Positions 18,492 to 28,109 of a stretch of 64,000 bases of DNA are shown piece by piece. Position 1 is the first letter of the stretch. Each line of letters opens with the position of its first letter. Under the pieces are notes generated by a model. That model was not told where the DNA came from and ran no database searches. It was given only the letters and a program-made list of their open reading frames with translations. Source of the stretch: a bacterium (lineage in GTDB: Bacteria; Zhuqueibacterota; Zhuqueibacteria; Residuimicrobiales; Krinioviventaceae); assembly GCA_963693055.1 (NCBI GenBank), contig OY843751.1:1152001-1216000 (forward strand), read 5' to 3'. The translations under genes and the position numbers were made by a program.

Positions 18492-19794
18492 TCCGATTTT
18501 TTGGTTAATTTCTATATTCGTATTCTATATAATAATGATTTCTTTGACGAAATGGGAAAAGGGAATATTGTTTTTTTTCTTTTATATTCAATTTGCTGGA
18601 TTTTTTAAAAGAATAATGTTAAGTATGGGATATGTTAATAATGTGTTGTATAATTTTTTTGTTGGTTATCAATATTTAATTTTATTTTCTTTGATTGTCG
18701 GTGCAATTATTTTTAAAAATAGAAATAATTTAAAATCAAATAGCTTTATTTCTATGTGGGTTATAGTATTTATTTTATTACTAATAATTTCAAGTTTTTT
18801 ATCACCATATTCATTAAATGATGTTATCTTTGTATCAATTTTGCATTATTTCCCTTTGTTCATTCTTCTCCCTTCGCAATTTTTATCAAAAGAATATTTA
18901 AATAAATTACTAAGCTTATGGTATTATACTGCACCTATTCATATTTTTTATCAAATTTTTCAATACTTTCATGGACCTTTTTCTTTTGAATTAAATTTTT
19001 TACTAACTAAATCATCACTTTCACATTCATTTGATAGTTCATTCGTTAGAGGAATACCTCTGTATGATAATGTTGAACCTTTATATTTACATTTAACAAT
19101 TGTTGCGGTATTAATTTTAAGTAAAAGAAAAACAATTGTTAGCTTTGTTTATCTTTTTTTATTATTATTATCTGTTGTACAAACTGGTAATCGAGGTGGT
19201 GTTTTAATTGTAGTTGGTGGGATGCTATTATTTACTTACTTGAAAACACAATTACCATTCCGAAAATCACTAGTTTTGTTTAGTTCAGTATTTATAATTT
19301 TTTCTTTAAATTTTTTTAGTGACTTTTTGTGGCATATTACTCAATTAGGTTCAATAAATCTTGGAAATTCTGATTTTTTTCGACGTTTAGGGACTTTAGG
19401 AACATTTTCTGATCGATTAATGGGGAGACAAATTGCTTTTGAACATATTAGTTTGTTTGGTCATGGTTTTGGTACAAGTGGTTTTGCTATGAATACTTTA
19501 CGTAATAAAGGATTAGATGCAACATTATATGACCGTTCAATTTTTGCACATGATTTAATAGGTGAAATAATATTAGATTTTGGTATTATTGGTTTGTTTG
19601 TTTTTATGATTTTATTATGGAAGATTTATAAAAAATTAAATACAAAATATTTTTTTTATTCAGTTATTACGTCTTCTTTTTTAATATCATCATTGATAGG
19701 AAGTAGTTTGACTTTTGGAAGATCAGCATATTTTGTTTTTTTATTAATTGCAGTTTTTTTTAATAATTATTTAACTGAATCAACCTTCAACTAG
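18484..19794 (+). CDS. wzy: Wzy-type polysaccharide polymerase / O-antigen ligase-like protein
   Basis: Polytopic, with TGNRGG, a periplasmic loop containing FGHGFG and AHD...LDFGIIG motifs. Confidence 0.75.
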   Translation: MLNPIFWLISIFVFYIIMISLTKWEKGILFFFFYIQFAGFFKRIMLSMGYVNNVLYNFFVGYQYLILFSLIVGAIIFKNRNNLKSNSFISMWVIVFILLLIISSFLSPYSLNDVIFVSILHYFPLFILLPSQFLSKEYLNKLLSLWYYTAPIHIFYQIFQYFHGPFSFELNFLLTKSSLSHSFDSSFVRGIPLYDNVEPLYLHLTIVAVLILSKRKTIVSFVYLFLLLLSVVQTGNRGGVLIVVGGMLLFTYLKTQLPFRKSLVLFSSVFIIFSLNFFSDFLWHITQLGSINLGNSDFFRRLGTLGTFSDRLMGRQIAFEHISLFGHGFGTSGFAMNTLRNKGLDATLYDRSIFAHDLIGEIILDFGIIGLFVFMILLWKIYKKLNTKYFFYSVITSSFLISSLIGSSLTFGRSAYFVFLLIAVFFNNYLTESTFN

Positions 19795-19829
19795 TTTAAT
19801 ATAAGTGATTTTTTTATTAATACTTAAAT

Positions 19830-20615
19830 TTGATGTCTGGAAAAAATATGAAGATAAAACGTACAATAAATGAAATAATAAATTCTGATTATTATAAACT
19901 AAAACCAATTGAATCCATAAAATATATTTATTCGAAATATTATTTTTCAAAAAATCGAATTTTGAATTCTAATGAATTCTTGAATATATTAGGTATTGAT
20001 TCTTCTATATTAGATTCTTATAAATATAATTGGCAAGATATAATCGAAGGAAATATTAATGAATGTACTGATACGCATGTTGGGGTTCCTATTGAAGTGG
20101 GTAAAGTTTTATACGGAATTGTAAGGTTTTATAAACCACAGATACTTATAGAGACTGGTATTGCTGCTGGAATTTCTACCACTTTTATTCTAGCGGGATT
20201 ATTAGAAAATAAAAGTGGTATGCTATATTCAATTGATTTACCACCAAATTCTTATGAAGAAAAAGCAAAAGATGGTTCTAATTATACATGTAATAATAAG
20301 GGGATTGGTTGGGTAATTCCAGATATTATAATTGAGCAAAGCAAAAATATACACAAAATTATTTTAAATGATGTAAAAGTATCATTGCCAAAATTATTAA
20401 ATGAAAATCAAAAGATAGATTTTTTCTTACATGATGATTTGCATCTTCCCAATCATATGAAATGGGAATATGATTTGGTTTGGGATTATATTAACCAAGG
20501 AGGGATATTATGTTCTGATGATATCAATTATGGTTGGAAAGAATTTATTTGTGAGAAAAATATTTCTTTTGGTAAAAGAAATATTGATAGATTTGGTCTA
20601 GTAATTAAATCATGA
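19830..20615 (+). CDS. class I SAM-dependent methyltransferase (Methyltransf_24-like)
   Basis: ILIETGIAAGIST, LYSIDLP, IDFFLHDDLH..HMKWEY and GGILCSDD motifs. Confidence 0.85.
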   Translation: MMSGKNMKIKRTINEIINSDYYKLKPIESIKYIYSKYYFSKNRILNSNEFLNILGIDSSILDSYKYNWQDIIEGNINECTDTHVGVPIEVGKVLYGIVRFYKPQILIETGIAAGISTTFILAGLLENKSGMLYSIDLPPNSYEEKAKDGSNYTCNNKGIGWVIPDIIIEQSKNIHKIILNDVKVSLPKLLNENQKIDFFLHDDLHLPNHMKWEYDLVWDYINQGGILCSDDINYGWKEFICEKNISFGKRNIDRFGLVIKS

Positions 20616-21787
20616 GAACTTGTGAAATGACCAACAAAAAGGAAAGTATTGCTATTTTAGCTCCATATTTAACGAATGATCATCCCGCTGGAAAACAAAT
20701 GAAGCTGGTTTTATTGATGTTAAATGAATATTATGATTTTCATTTATTTAGTTCAGAAGTTGATGATGACTTGAAAAGTATTGCTTCTTTCCATAAGGTG
20801 TATATTCCTAAAGTAAAGCCATTATTTGTACGTACTATAATGATTTTTTTTATTTATGGTGCTTTGTTCATATTCAAAAGATTAAATAAAAATTATAGTT
20901 TAGTACATAGCCTTGAGGGAACCTCACCATTTACAAATCTTGTATCTTTTCATTTTTGTGGGCCTAAATACTCAACTATTAATAAGTCTGTGAAGAAACC
21001 GAAATCAATTAGATCTATTTTTAAAAGCTTGCAACATTTTATAGGTGGAAAACTTGATAGCTATATAATCAATAATCCATATATCTATGGAAATGTATGT
21101 GTATCAACAGGTTTGAAAAATGATTTGATTGAATTTTATAATCCCAAAATTGAGCCTATTGTTATACCTAATGCTATTGATAATATTAAAAATAGTGAAC
21201 ATGTCAAAACTACTACCAAGTTAAATTATGAAAATTACACGTTAATAGGTATGATTGCAGCGCTTGGCAACTGGGAGCGGAAAGGACTTGATATTTTAAT
21301 AAAAGCTATATATAGGTTTAATGATAAAAATTCCACTAAACAAGATATAAAAATAATTGTTGTTGGTGATGGTGGTATAAATAAGTATCGAAAAATTGTA
21401 AAAAATTTGGGCTTAGAAAATCAATTTGTTTTTGCAGGATATCAAGAAAGTTTGGATGATTTTTTTGTTAAATCTGATTTTTTTATTTTACCATCATATT
21501 ATGAAGCATGGCCATTGGTTGCATTAGAAGCTGCTAATTTCAAATTACCAATAATAAGTACTGCGGTAAATGGAATGATTGATTTTGTTGAAGAAGGTGT
21601 AAATGGATTTTTTATATTAAACGATGTAGAGAACATAGCTAATGTTTTTATTAAATTATTAAGTAGAAAAAATAAACTTCCTCAAATGGGTATGAATGCC
21701 TATAAAAAAGTACAACAATATGATATTAAACTAATTAGCAATGAATATAATCACTTGTACAAATCTATTATAGAAAAGAAATGTTAA
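20612..21787 (+). CDS. glycosyltransferase family 4
   Basis: RKGLD and PSYYEAWPLVALEA (EX7E). Confidence 0.9.
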   Translation: MRTCEMTNKKESIAILAPYLTNDHPAGKQMKLVLLMLNEYYDFHLFSSEVDDDLKSIASFHKVYIPKVKPLFVRTIMIFFIYGALFIFKRLNKNYSLVHSLEGTSPFTNLVSFHFCGPKYSTINKSVKKPKSIRSIFKSLQHFIGGKLDSYIINNPYIYGNVCVSTGLKNDLIEFYNPKIEPIVIPNAIDNIKNSEHVKTTTKLNYENYTLIGMIAALGNWERKGLDILIKAIYRFNDKNSTKQDIKIIVVGDGGINKYRKIVKNLGLENQFVFAGYQESLDDFFVKSDFFILPSYYEAWPLVALEAANFKLPIISTAVNGMIDFVEEGVNGFFILNDVENIANVFIKLLSRKNKLPQMGMNAYKKVQQYDIKLISNEYNHLYKSIIEKKC

Positions 21788-22992
21788 ATAGAAAGATTTT
21801 GAAATTAATTTTCCCTTATAAGTTTGTGATGAATTCATCTCAAACTATTTACGAATTATTAAGAGGTTGTGTAATATTAGCAAATTTTAATAGGGCTAAG
21901 TGGGATCCGCGAGTTAGAAATTTAACAAAATTGTTAATTGAAATCCAAAAAAATGATGGCGGTTTTGATATAGGTTATGATTTTTATTTTGGCTTATTAC
22001 ACAAAAGAGGTGAATCAACAACTCCAGAGTCTATTGCAAATATTGCTTTATATGAATCTTGGAAATATTTATCTGATAACCCTAGTGATGATTGTTTATT
22101 AATACAGACTGAAAATTCTATATTCAAATGTGGTGAATGGTTATTAAAACATTCAAATAAGACCTCTGATGGTTTTCATTATATCCCATACGCACCTTAT
22201 AGTTCAAATAGCTTAATCGTGATTAATGCAATGTCTTTTGCTGCGGGTGCATTAGTTCCTTACTTGATGATCGAAAACGGGAAAAAAAATAAAAATGCAA
22301 ATGAATTACTTTTTGGCTTGATATATCATATCGAAAAAAAATTAATTTCTTCTAGAAATTTAAAAGGTAAGATCTGGCCATACTGGGATGAAAAATGGGA
22401 TAATTTATCAGAATTTATGAAAAATAAGATTGATTATTATCATGCTGCGCAACAATTAGAAGTGCATTGTTTTATACATGAATATTATAAAATTGAAGAA
22501 AATTATAAAATTATTTTAAATGTCTATAATCATTTATTAGCATTATCGGAAAATTTTCATCCAATACCATATTGCAACAATCCTGAATACTTTAATGGTT
22601 TAATACATGTATGGGGTTACTCTTCTATTATTCCTGCTTTAATTTCTGCAAATAGAATATTAGAACGTGATGTAAAAGAAATTGATTTGATAATTAATAA
22701 TACAATTGACTGGTTGTTAAATTATTCTTTGAAAAAGAATTATTTTATTCCAGTATTAACAAGTGAAGGTCAAGCATTTGATGATGATGTATATGTGCGA
22801 TCCGATGCTTGGGTTTTTCATGCTTTATCAACTACAAACAAGCAATACAGTGATATTGAAAGCATTTTAGATGCTGTTTATTTAAATATTGAATCAAGAA
22901 ATTTTTCTGGTAAGGATAATCATGCATCATCAAATTTTTATAGAAATATTCGTAACTTAAAGAATAGAATTATTAAACGAAATTATAAATGA
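21781..22992 (+). CDS. uncharacterised protein, probable (alpha/alpha)-toroid fold
   Basis: Helical repeats with QKNDGGF, WPYW, IDYYH and a C-terminal YVRSDAWVFHAL. No glycosyltransferase motif. Translationally coupled to its GT neighbour. Confidence 0.55.
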   Translation: MLNRKILKLIFPYKFVMNSSQTIYELLRGCVILANFNRAKWDPRVRNLTKLLIEIQKNDGGFDIGYDFYFGLLHKRGESTTPESIANIALYESWKYLSDNPSDDCLLIQTENSIFKCGEWLLKHSNKTSDGFHYIPYAPYSSNSLIVINAMSFAAGALVPYLMIENGKKNKNANELLFGLIYHIEKKLISSRNLKGKIWPYWDEKWDNLSEFMKNKIDYYHAAQQLEVHCFIHEYYKIEENYKIILNVYNHLLALSENFHPIPYCNNPEYFNGLIHVWGYSSIIPALISANRILERDVKEIDLIINNTIDWLLNYSLKKNYFIPVLTSEGQAFDDDVYVRSDAWVFHALSTTNKQYSDIESILDAVYLNIESRNFSGKDNHASSNFYRNIRNLKNRIIKRNYK

Positions 22993-23014
22993 GAAGACAA
23001 AAGGTGATTTAATA

Positions 23015-24256
23015 TTGAAGTTTATTTTACTTAGTAGAGGCATCCCTCCAAGTACAGGTGGTTTAGAAAACTCAATAGTACATATTGCTAAAAGTTTAAT
23101 TAAATTAAATCATAAAGTATATATTATTTGTCCAAACGCCAACAAACAATTTAAGAGATATCTGTTAGATGGAATTAATATAATACTGTATCCATATGTT
23201 ATTAAACCATTATCTATAACGTTTCCATTTAATGATATTTATTATCTAAAAAAGTATTTACCTTTACTAATTAAGGAAATACAACCAGATTTGATTATCT
23301 CCAGATGGATTAATTATTCAATTGCTCTAAGTAAAATGAAAATAAAGATGAATTATATTTATATACCTCCAAGTGCATATCCATATACTATAAAAGGTTT
23401 ATTGATTAGTATTAAATATCACAATAATAATTTTAAAGATTATTTCAAGTATTTTAGTTGGGTAATTGCAAAAGTTTTCTCAAAATACTATGAATCTAAT
23501 GTTATAAAAAGGGCAATGTTTCTTATTGTTTTTAGTAATAATGTATTGAATCAATATCTAAGTTTATACCCTTCTTATAATAAGAAAATAATAAAAATAT
23601 TACCAGGTATTGACGCAAAGAGATTTAAATGTATAGATTATAATATTGCATCTTCTTTTATAAAAAATATGTACAAAATTCCTGAAGTTAAAAAAATATT
23701 AATTTATGTAGGTCGTCTTGAACCTGATAAAAATTTAATTGATTTATTTTATTCTCTCTATTTTTTAAAAAGTAATAAACCTGATTTGTTTGAATCAATA
23801 CATTTATTAATTGTTGGTTCAGGTAGTGAAGAAGAAAAATTACAAAAATTGGCAAAAAAATTTCAAATGGACCAATCCATTAGTTTTTGTGGTGCAATTT
23901 TTAAAGATTTGTCGTATTACTACTCAGCTGCATGGTTTTTGTTGCATCCAAGTAAATTTGAATCCTTTGGGCATGTAATTTTAGAATCATTTGTTTGTTC
24001 AACACCTGTGATTGCATATGAAACATATCTTAATAAAGTCATGACTGCCAGTAATGAATTAATTAAGCATGGAGTAAATGGCTATTTAGTTGATTCAAAA
24101 ATTGAAAATGATTTTGCAAAAAATATATGTAAAGCATTAGAATTATCTTTAAATGAAAGATTAGAAATGGGAAAAAAGTCAAAGGATGTAATATCAAACT
24201 ATAGTTGGGATTCTTTTATTTATAATATGTTAGAACAATATTCAATTTATGCTTAA
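23015..24256 (+). CDS. glycosyltransferase family 4
   Basis: PPSTGGLE, YVGRLEPDKN and PSKFESFGHVILES motifs. Confidence 0.9.
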   Translation: MKFILLSRGIPPSTGGLENSIVHIAKSLIKLNHKVYIICPNANKQFKRYLLDGINIILYPYVIKPLSITFPFNDIYYLKKYLPLLIKEIQPDLIISRWINYSIALSKMKIKMNYIYIPPSAYPYTIKGLLISIKYHNNNFKDYFKYFSWVIAKVFSKYYESNVIKRAMFLIVFSNNVLNQYLSLYPSYNKKIIKILPGIDAKRFKCIDYNIASSFIKNMYKIPEVKKILIYVGRLEPDKNLIDLFYSLYFLKSNKPDLFESIHLLIVGSGSEEEKLQKLAKKFQMDQSISFCGAIFKDLSYYYSAAWFLLHPSKFESFGHVILESFVCSTPVIAYETYLNKVMTASNELIKHGVNGYLVDSKIENDFAKNICKALELSLNERLEMGKKSKDVISNYSWDSFIYNMLEQYSIYA

Positions 24257-25355
24257 AAAGAAAAAATTACTTATACTAGGTCAAACACCTCCTCCTTATG
24301 GAGGGCAGGCAATAATGATTGAGAATTTGGTGAATGCAAATTTTGATAATATTATTATATATCATATTCGATTTGCTTTTTCTGATGAGATGGATAAAAT
24401 CGGTAATTTTTCTATTAATAAACTATTCCATGCAATTAAAATTGTTATGATGGTTATTCTCCATCGTTTTAAATATAATATTGAAAATATTTATTATCCT
24501 CCAAGTGGTCCTAATAAATTACCAATGTTTCGCGATTTTATTGTTTTATTATCAACACGTTGGTTATTTAAAAAAACAATTTTTCATTTCCATGCAAGTG
24601 GAATCTCTGAAATTTACAATAATCTGCCATATTATATAAAACCTTTATACAGATTAGCGTATTTTAACCCGGATCTTTCAATAATGCAATCCAAATTAAA
24701 TCCTAATGATGGTCAGTTTTTAAATTCAAAAAAAAATATATTTTTACCTCATGGAATTAAAGATAATTCAATCAATTTTGCTAAGTTTTCTGAAAATAAA
24801 ATACCACATATATTATATATTGGTGTAATTAAAGAAACAAAAGGTATTGATTATTTAATTGATGCGTGTAAAATTCTAGCAAATAAAATGATAAAATTTA
24901 AATTGATTTTAGTTGGAAAGTTTGATTCAAAACAATATGAGAAACATATTATAGATAAAATTTGTAAATATAATCTTGAATCTTATATTATTATCAAAGG
25001 TGTATTGATTGGTGAGGAAAAATATAAAATTTACCTACAATCTGATTTACTTTGTTTCCCTACTTTCTTTGAGTCTGAATCGTTTGGTTTAGTACTACTG
25101 GAGGCAATGCAATTTTCTTTACCAATCGTTACTACAAATTGGAGGGCGATACCAGATATTATTTCAGACGGTGAGGAAGGATTTTTAGTTCCAATTAAAA
25201 ACAGTCTTCAACTTGCAAACAAGTTAGAAGTATTAGTCAATGAAAAAACTGTAAGAAAAATTTTTGGTGAAAGAGCCAGACAAAAATATTTGAATTTCTA
25301 TACTTGGGAAAGTTATAAACTCAATTTTGAAAAGATTATTTTATCGGTTATATAA
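24249..25355 (+). CDS. glycosyltransferase family 4
   Basis: GQTPPPYGGQ, TKG and FPTFFESESFGLVLLEA motifs. Confidence 0.9.
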   Translation: MLKKKKLLILGQTPPPYGGQAIMIENLVNANFDNIIIYHIRFAFSDEMDKIGNFSINKLFHAIKIVMMVILHRFKYNIENIYYPPSGPNKLPMFRDFIVLLSTRWLFKKTIFHFHASGISEIYNNLPYYIKPLYRLAYFNPDLSIMQSKLNPNDGQFLNSKKNIFLPHGIKDNSINFAKFSENKIPHILYIGVIKETKGIDYLIDACKILANKMIKFKLILVGKFDSKQYEKHIIDKICKYNLESYIIIKGVLIGEEKYKIYLQSDLLCFPTFFESESFGLVLLEAMQFSLPIVTTNWRAIPDIISDGEEGFLVPIKNSLQLANKLEVLVNEKTVRKIFGERARQKYLNFYTWESYKLNFEKIILSVI

Positions 25356-25356
25356 T

Positions 25357-26352
25357 ATGAAATTATATCTTGCTAAATTTAATGAAAATTTTTATTCTGT
25401 TCTTGAGGACGGAATATTATTTAATAATATCAGTAAATTGCAAAATGAATGCATAGCAATCAAACCCAACCTGACATTTCCAATTTTTAGAAAAGGTGTG
25501 ATGACAGGAACTGATACAATTGAAATGGTTGTGAAATACTTGAAACAATTTACAAACAATATTGTGATCTGTGAATCTGATTCTGGTGGATACAATAGAT
25601 TTTCAATAAGTGAGGTGTTTGCAGGGGTGGGTTTAGACAAGATTGCAAAGAAATATGATATAAAATTGGTCAACATGTCTTATGAGCCATCAAAAAATAT
25701 CAGTGTCTCGGTTGGTAATCGTAATATTGATGTGCCTTTACCCATTTTATTATTGGAAGAGACAGATTTATTTATTACTATGCCAGTTCCCAAAATCCAT
25801 ATGAATACCGGGGTGACTTTGTCCTTAAAAAATCAATGGGGTGTGATACAAGAGCCATCAGTGAGGTTGAAATTACATCCTTATTTTAAAGAAGTCATAT
25901 ATGCTGTAAATAAAGCATTACCCAAATCAATATCCATTGTTGATGGTAAATTCGGTTTAACAGGTAGCGGCCCAATGGCGGGAGAAGTGCTTGATTTAAA
26001 TTGGTTTGTGATGGGTGATGATCTGTTTGCAACTGATTTTGTTTTAACTAAAATGATGGGACTGGACTATCGTAAAATCAGCTATTTGAAATATATTTTT
26101 GATAAAGAGGGTATTTCTGATATCAAAGATATTAAATTGAATACTGACATTGAGCCATTTGTTAGAAATGATTTTTATCTGAAACGCAAGCTTACAGATT
26201 GGCCTGGTTATTTAGCCTTCAATTCGTCAGCTTTGGCTTACCTGGCTTATCATTCACCATTATCTGATATTTTACATAAATTATTATATTTGTTTCGTAA
26301 ACCATTTTATGATTATGATGATCCTTCAAAGACCTCAGAAGGACAAAACTAG
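25357..26352 (+). CDS. DUF362 domain protein
   Basis: IAIKPNL, VICES, PVPKIH..TGVTLSLKNQWG and IVDG...GSGP motifs. No fused ferredoxin domain. ATG 25357 follows the GT stop. Confidence 0.8.
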   Translation: MKLYLAKFNENFYSVLEDGILFNNISKLQNECIAIKPNLTFPIFRKGVMTGTDTIEMVVKYLKQFTNNIVICESDSGGYNRFSISEVFAGVGLDKIAKKYDIKLVNMSYEPSKNISVSVGNRNIDVPLPILLLEETDLFITMPVPKIHMNTGVTLSLKNQWGVIQEPSVRLKLHPYFKEVIYAVNKALPKSISIVDGKFGLTGSGPMAGEVLDLNWFVMGDDLFATDFVLTKMMGLDYRKISYLKYIFDKEGISDIKDIKLNTDIEPFVRNDFYLKRKLTDWPGYLAFNSSALAYLAYHSPLSDILHKLLYLFRKPFYDYDDPSKTSEGQN

Positions 26353-27102
26353 ATGTTTCGTGTTTTAAGTATTGACGTAACGAATACCAATCTTGTAAAA
26401 TCTGTCCATTCCATCCGCACCCGGATTGCTGAGCAGGGCAAAGGCTATGTGACAGTGACCGGGGTGCATGGTGTAATGGAGTCGCTGAGGCGTCCCGAAG
26501 TACGTGACGCGCACCGGGCAGCCTGGTTGACCGTTCCTGACGGTATGCCGCTGGTATATATTGGCAGAATGTTCGGTCATAAAGAAATAGACCGCTGTTA
26601 CGGACCTGATCTGATGTTGGCGGTAATGGAAGACTCGGTGAAACACGGCTATACCCATTATTTCTACGGCGGACAAGAGGGCCGCGCTCAGGAGTTGAAA
26701 CAGGCCATGGAGCAGCGGTTCCCCGGAGTTAAGATTGTTGGTACCTATACACCGCCATTTCGTCCACTGAACGAGCAGGAAAAGCAAGAGTTGATTGACC
26801 AGGTTCGGCAGCTCAAGCCTCATATCATTTGGGTGGGACTGTCTACACCCAAGCAGGAGTTGTTTATGCACGAGTATATGCCTCTGCTGGATACCAACAT
26901 TATGATTGGAGTGGGCGCCGCGTTCGACTTTCATACCGGTCATATCAAAAGCGCTCCCCGCTGGATGCAGCGCTCGGCATTAGAGTGGGCGTATCGGGTA
27001 TATCAGGAACCACGCCGATTATGGAAGCGGTATTTCGTCAATAATCCATTATTTATTTGGAATTTTACGTTACAATTGCTTAAATTACGAAAATACGATT
27101 GA
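26353..27102 (+). CDS. WecB/TagA/CpsF-family glycosyltransferase (GT26)
   Basis: PDGMP, GPDLM, WVGLSTPKQE, GVGAAFDF and LEW.YR..QEPRRLWKRY motifs. Confidence 0.92.
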   Translation: MFRVLSIDVTNTNLVKSVHSIRTRIAEQGKGYVTVTGVHGVMESLRRPEVRDAHRAAWLTVPDGMPLVYIGRMFGHKEIDRCYGPDLMLAVMEDSVKHGYTHYFYGGQEGRAQELKQAMEQRFPGVKIVGTYTPPFRPLNEQEKQELIDQVRQLKPHIIWVGLSTPKQELFMHEYMPLLDTNIMIGVGAAFDFHTGHIKSAPRWMQRSALEWAYRVYQEPRRLWKRYFVNNPLFIWNFTLQLLKLRKYD

Positions 27103-27115
27103 AAGGGGCTGAATA

Positions 27116-28087
27116 ATGAAAACAGCATTGGTGTGCGGAGCCGGCGGATTTATTGGCGGGCATTTGGTAAAACGATTGAAACGAGAAGGCTATTGGGTAC
27201 GTGGCGTTGATCTCAAATATCCCGAGTTTGATGAAACCGCAGCAGACGATTTTATCATTGGCGATTTACGCGATTTTGATACATGCCGCTATGCCGTCGA
27301 TCAAAAATTTGACGAGGTGTATCAGCTTGCCGCGGATATGGGCGGCGCAGGATTTGTCTTTACCGGAGAGAATGACGCGGACATTATGCACAACTCTGCG
27401 CTCATTAATTTGAACATTCTTGATGCCTGTCACAAACGTAATGTCAAAAAAGTGTTTTATTCTTCATCTGCATGTATTTATCCGGAGCATAATCAGCTTG
27501 ATCCTGACAATCCCAACTGCACCGAGGCGTCGGCATATCCTGCAAATCCGGATAGCGAGTACGGCTGGGAAAAGCTGTTCAGTGAGAGGTTGTATTTTTC
27601 ATTTTATCGTAACTATGGCATTGAGGTAAGGGTAGCGCGTTTCCACAACATTTTTGGTCCTTTGGGTACCTGGCAGGGAGGCCGTGAAAAAGCGCCGGCA
27701 GCGTTTTGCCGCAAAGTAGCTATGACCCCGGATGGCGGTGAGATGGAGATGTGGGGTGATGGAGTACAAACCCGCTCGTTTTTATATGTTGATGAATGTC
27801 TTGAAGGCGTTAGACGCCTGATGGAATCGGATTTTATTGGCCCGGTGAACATTGGTTCCGAAGAAATGGTATCGATCAATCAATTGGCAGCAATGGTTAT
27901 GGAAATAGCGGGTAAGCAATTGAGTGTTAAACATATTCCGGGTCCGCAAGGTGTGCGTGGCCGTAACTCGGACAACCAGTTAATTTTTGAAAAATTGGGA
28001 TGGAAACCTGACGCTCCGTTAAAAGACGGTCTGCGTGAAACGTACAAGTGGATTGATGCTCAGGTGAAATCATCCAAACTCCTATAA
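27116..28087 (+). CDS. GDP-mannose 3',5'-epimerase-like extended SDR
   Basis: GAGGFIG, LAADMGGAGF, SSACIYP (catalytic Cys), YGWEK, GGREKAPAAFCRK and GVRGRNSDN, all diagnostic of the GME subfamily. Confidence 0.85.
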   Translation: MKTALVCGAGGFIGGHLVKRLKREGYWVRGVDLKYPEFDETAADDFIIGDLRDFDTCRYAVDQKFDEVYQLAADMGGAGFVFTGENDADIMHNSALINLNILDACHKRNVKKVFYSSSACIYPEHNQLDPDNPNCTEASAYPANPDSEYGWEKLFSERLYFSFYRNYGIEVRVARFHNIFGPLGTWQGGREKAPAAFCRKVAMTPDGGEMEMWGDGVQTRSFLYVDECLEGVRRLMESDFIGPVNIGSEEMVSINQLAAMVMEIAGKQLSVKHIPGPQGVRGRNSDNQLIFEKLGWKPDAPLKDGLRETYKWIDAQVKSSKLL

Positions 28088-28109
28088 ATAGGGTATAGGG
28101 GAGGTATGC

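Noticed and set aside
16410-26400. Low-GC block as a prophage, IS element or integrative island
   Set aside because: No integrase, transposase, phage genes, tRNA target or evident terminal repeats. The content is a glycan cassette.
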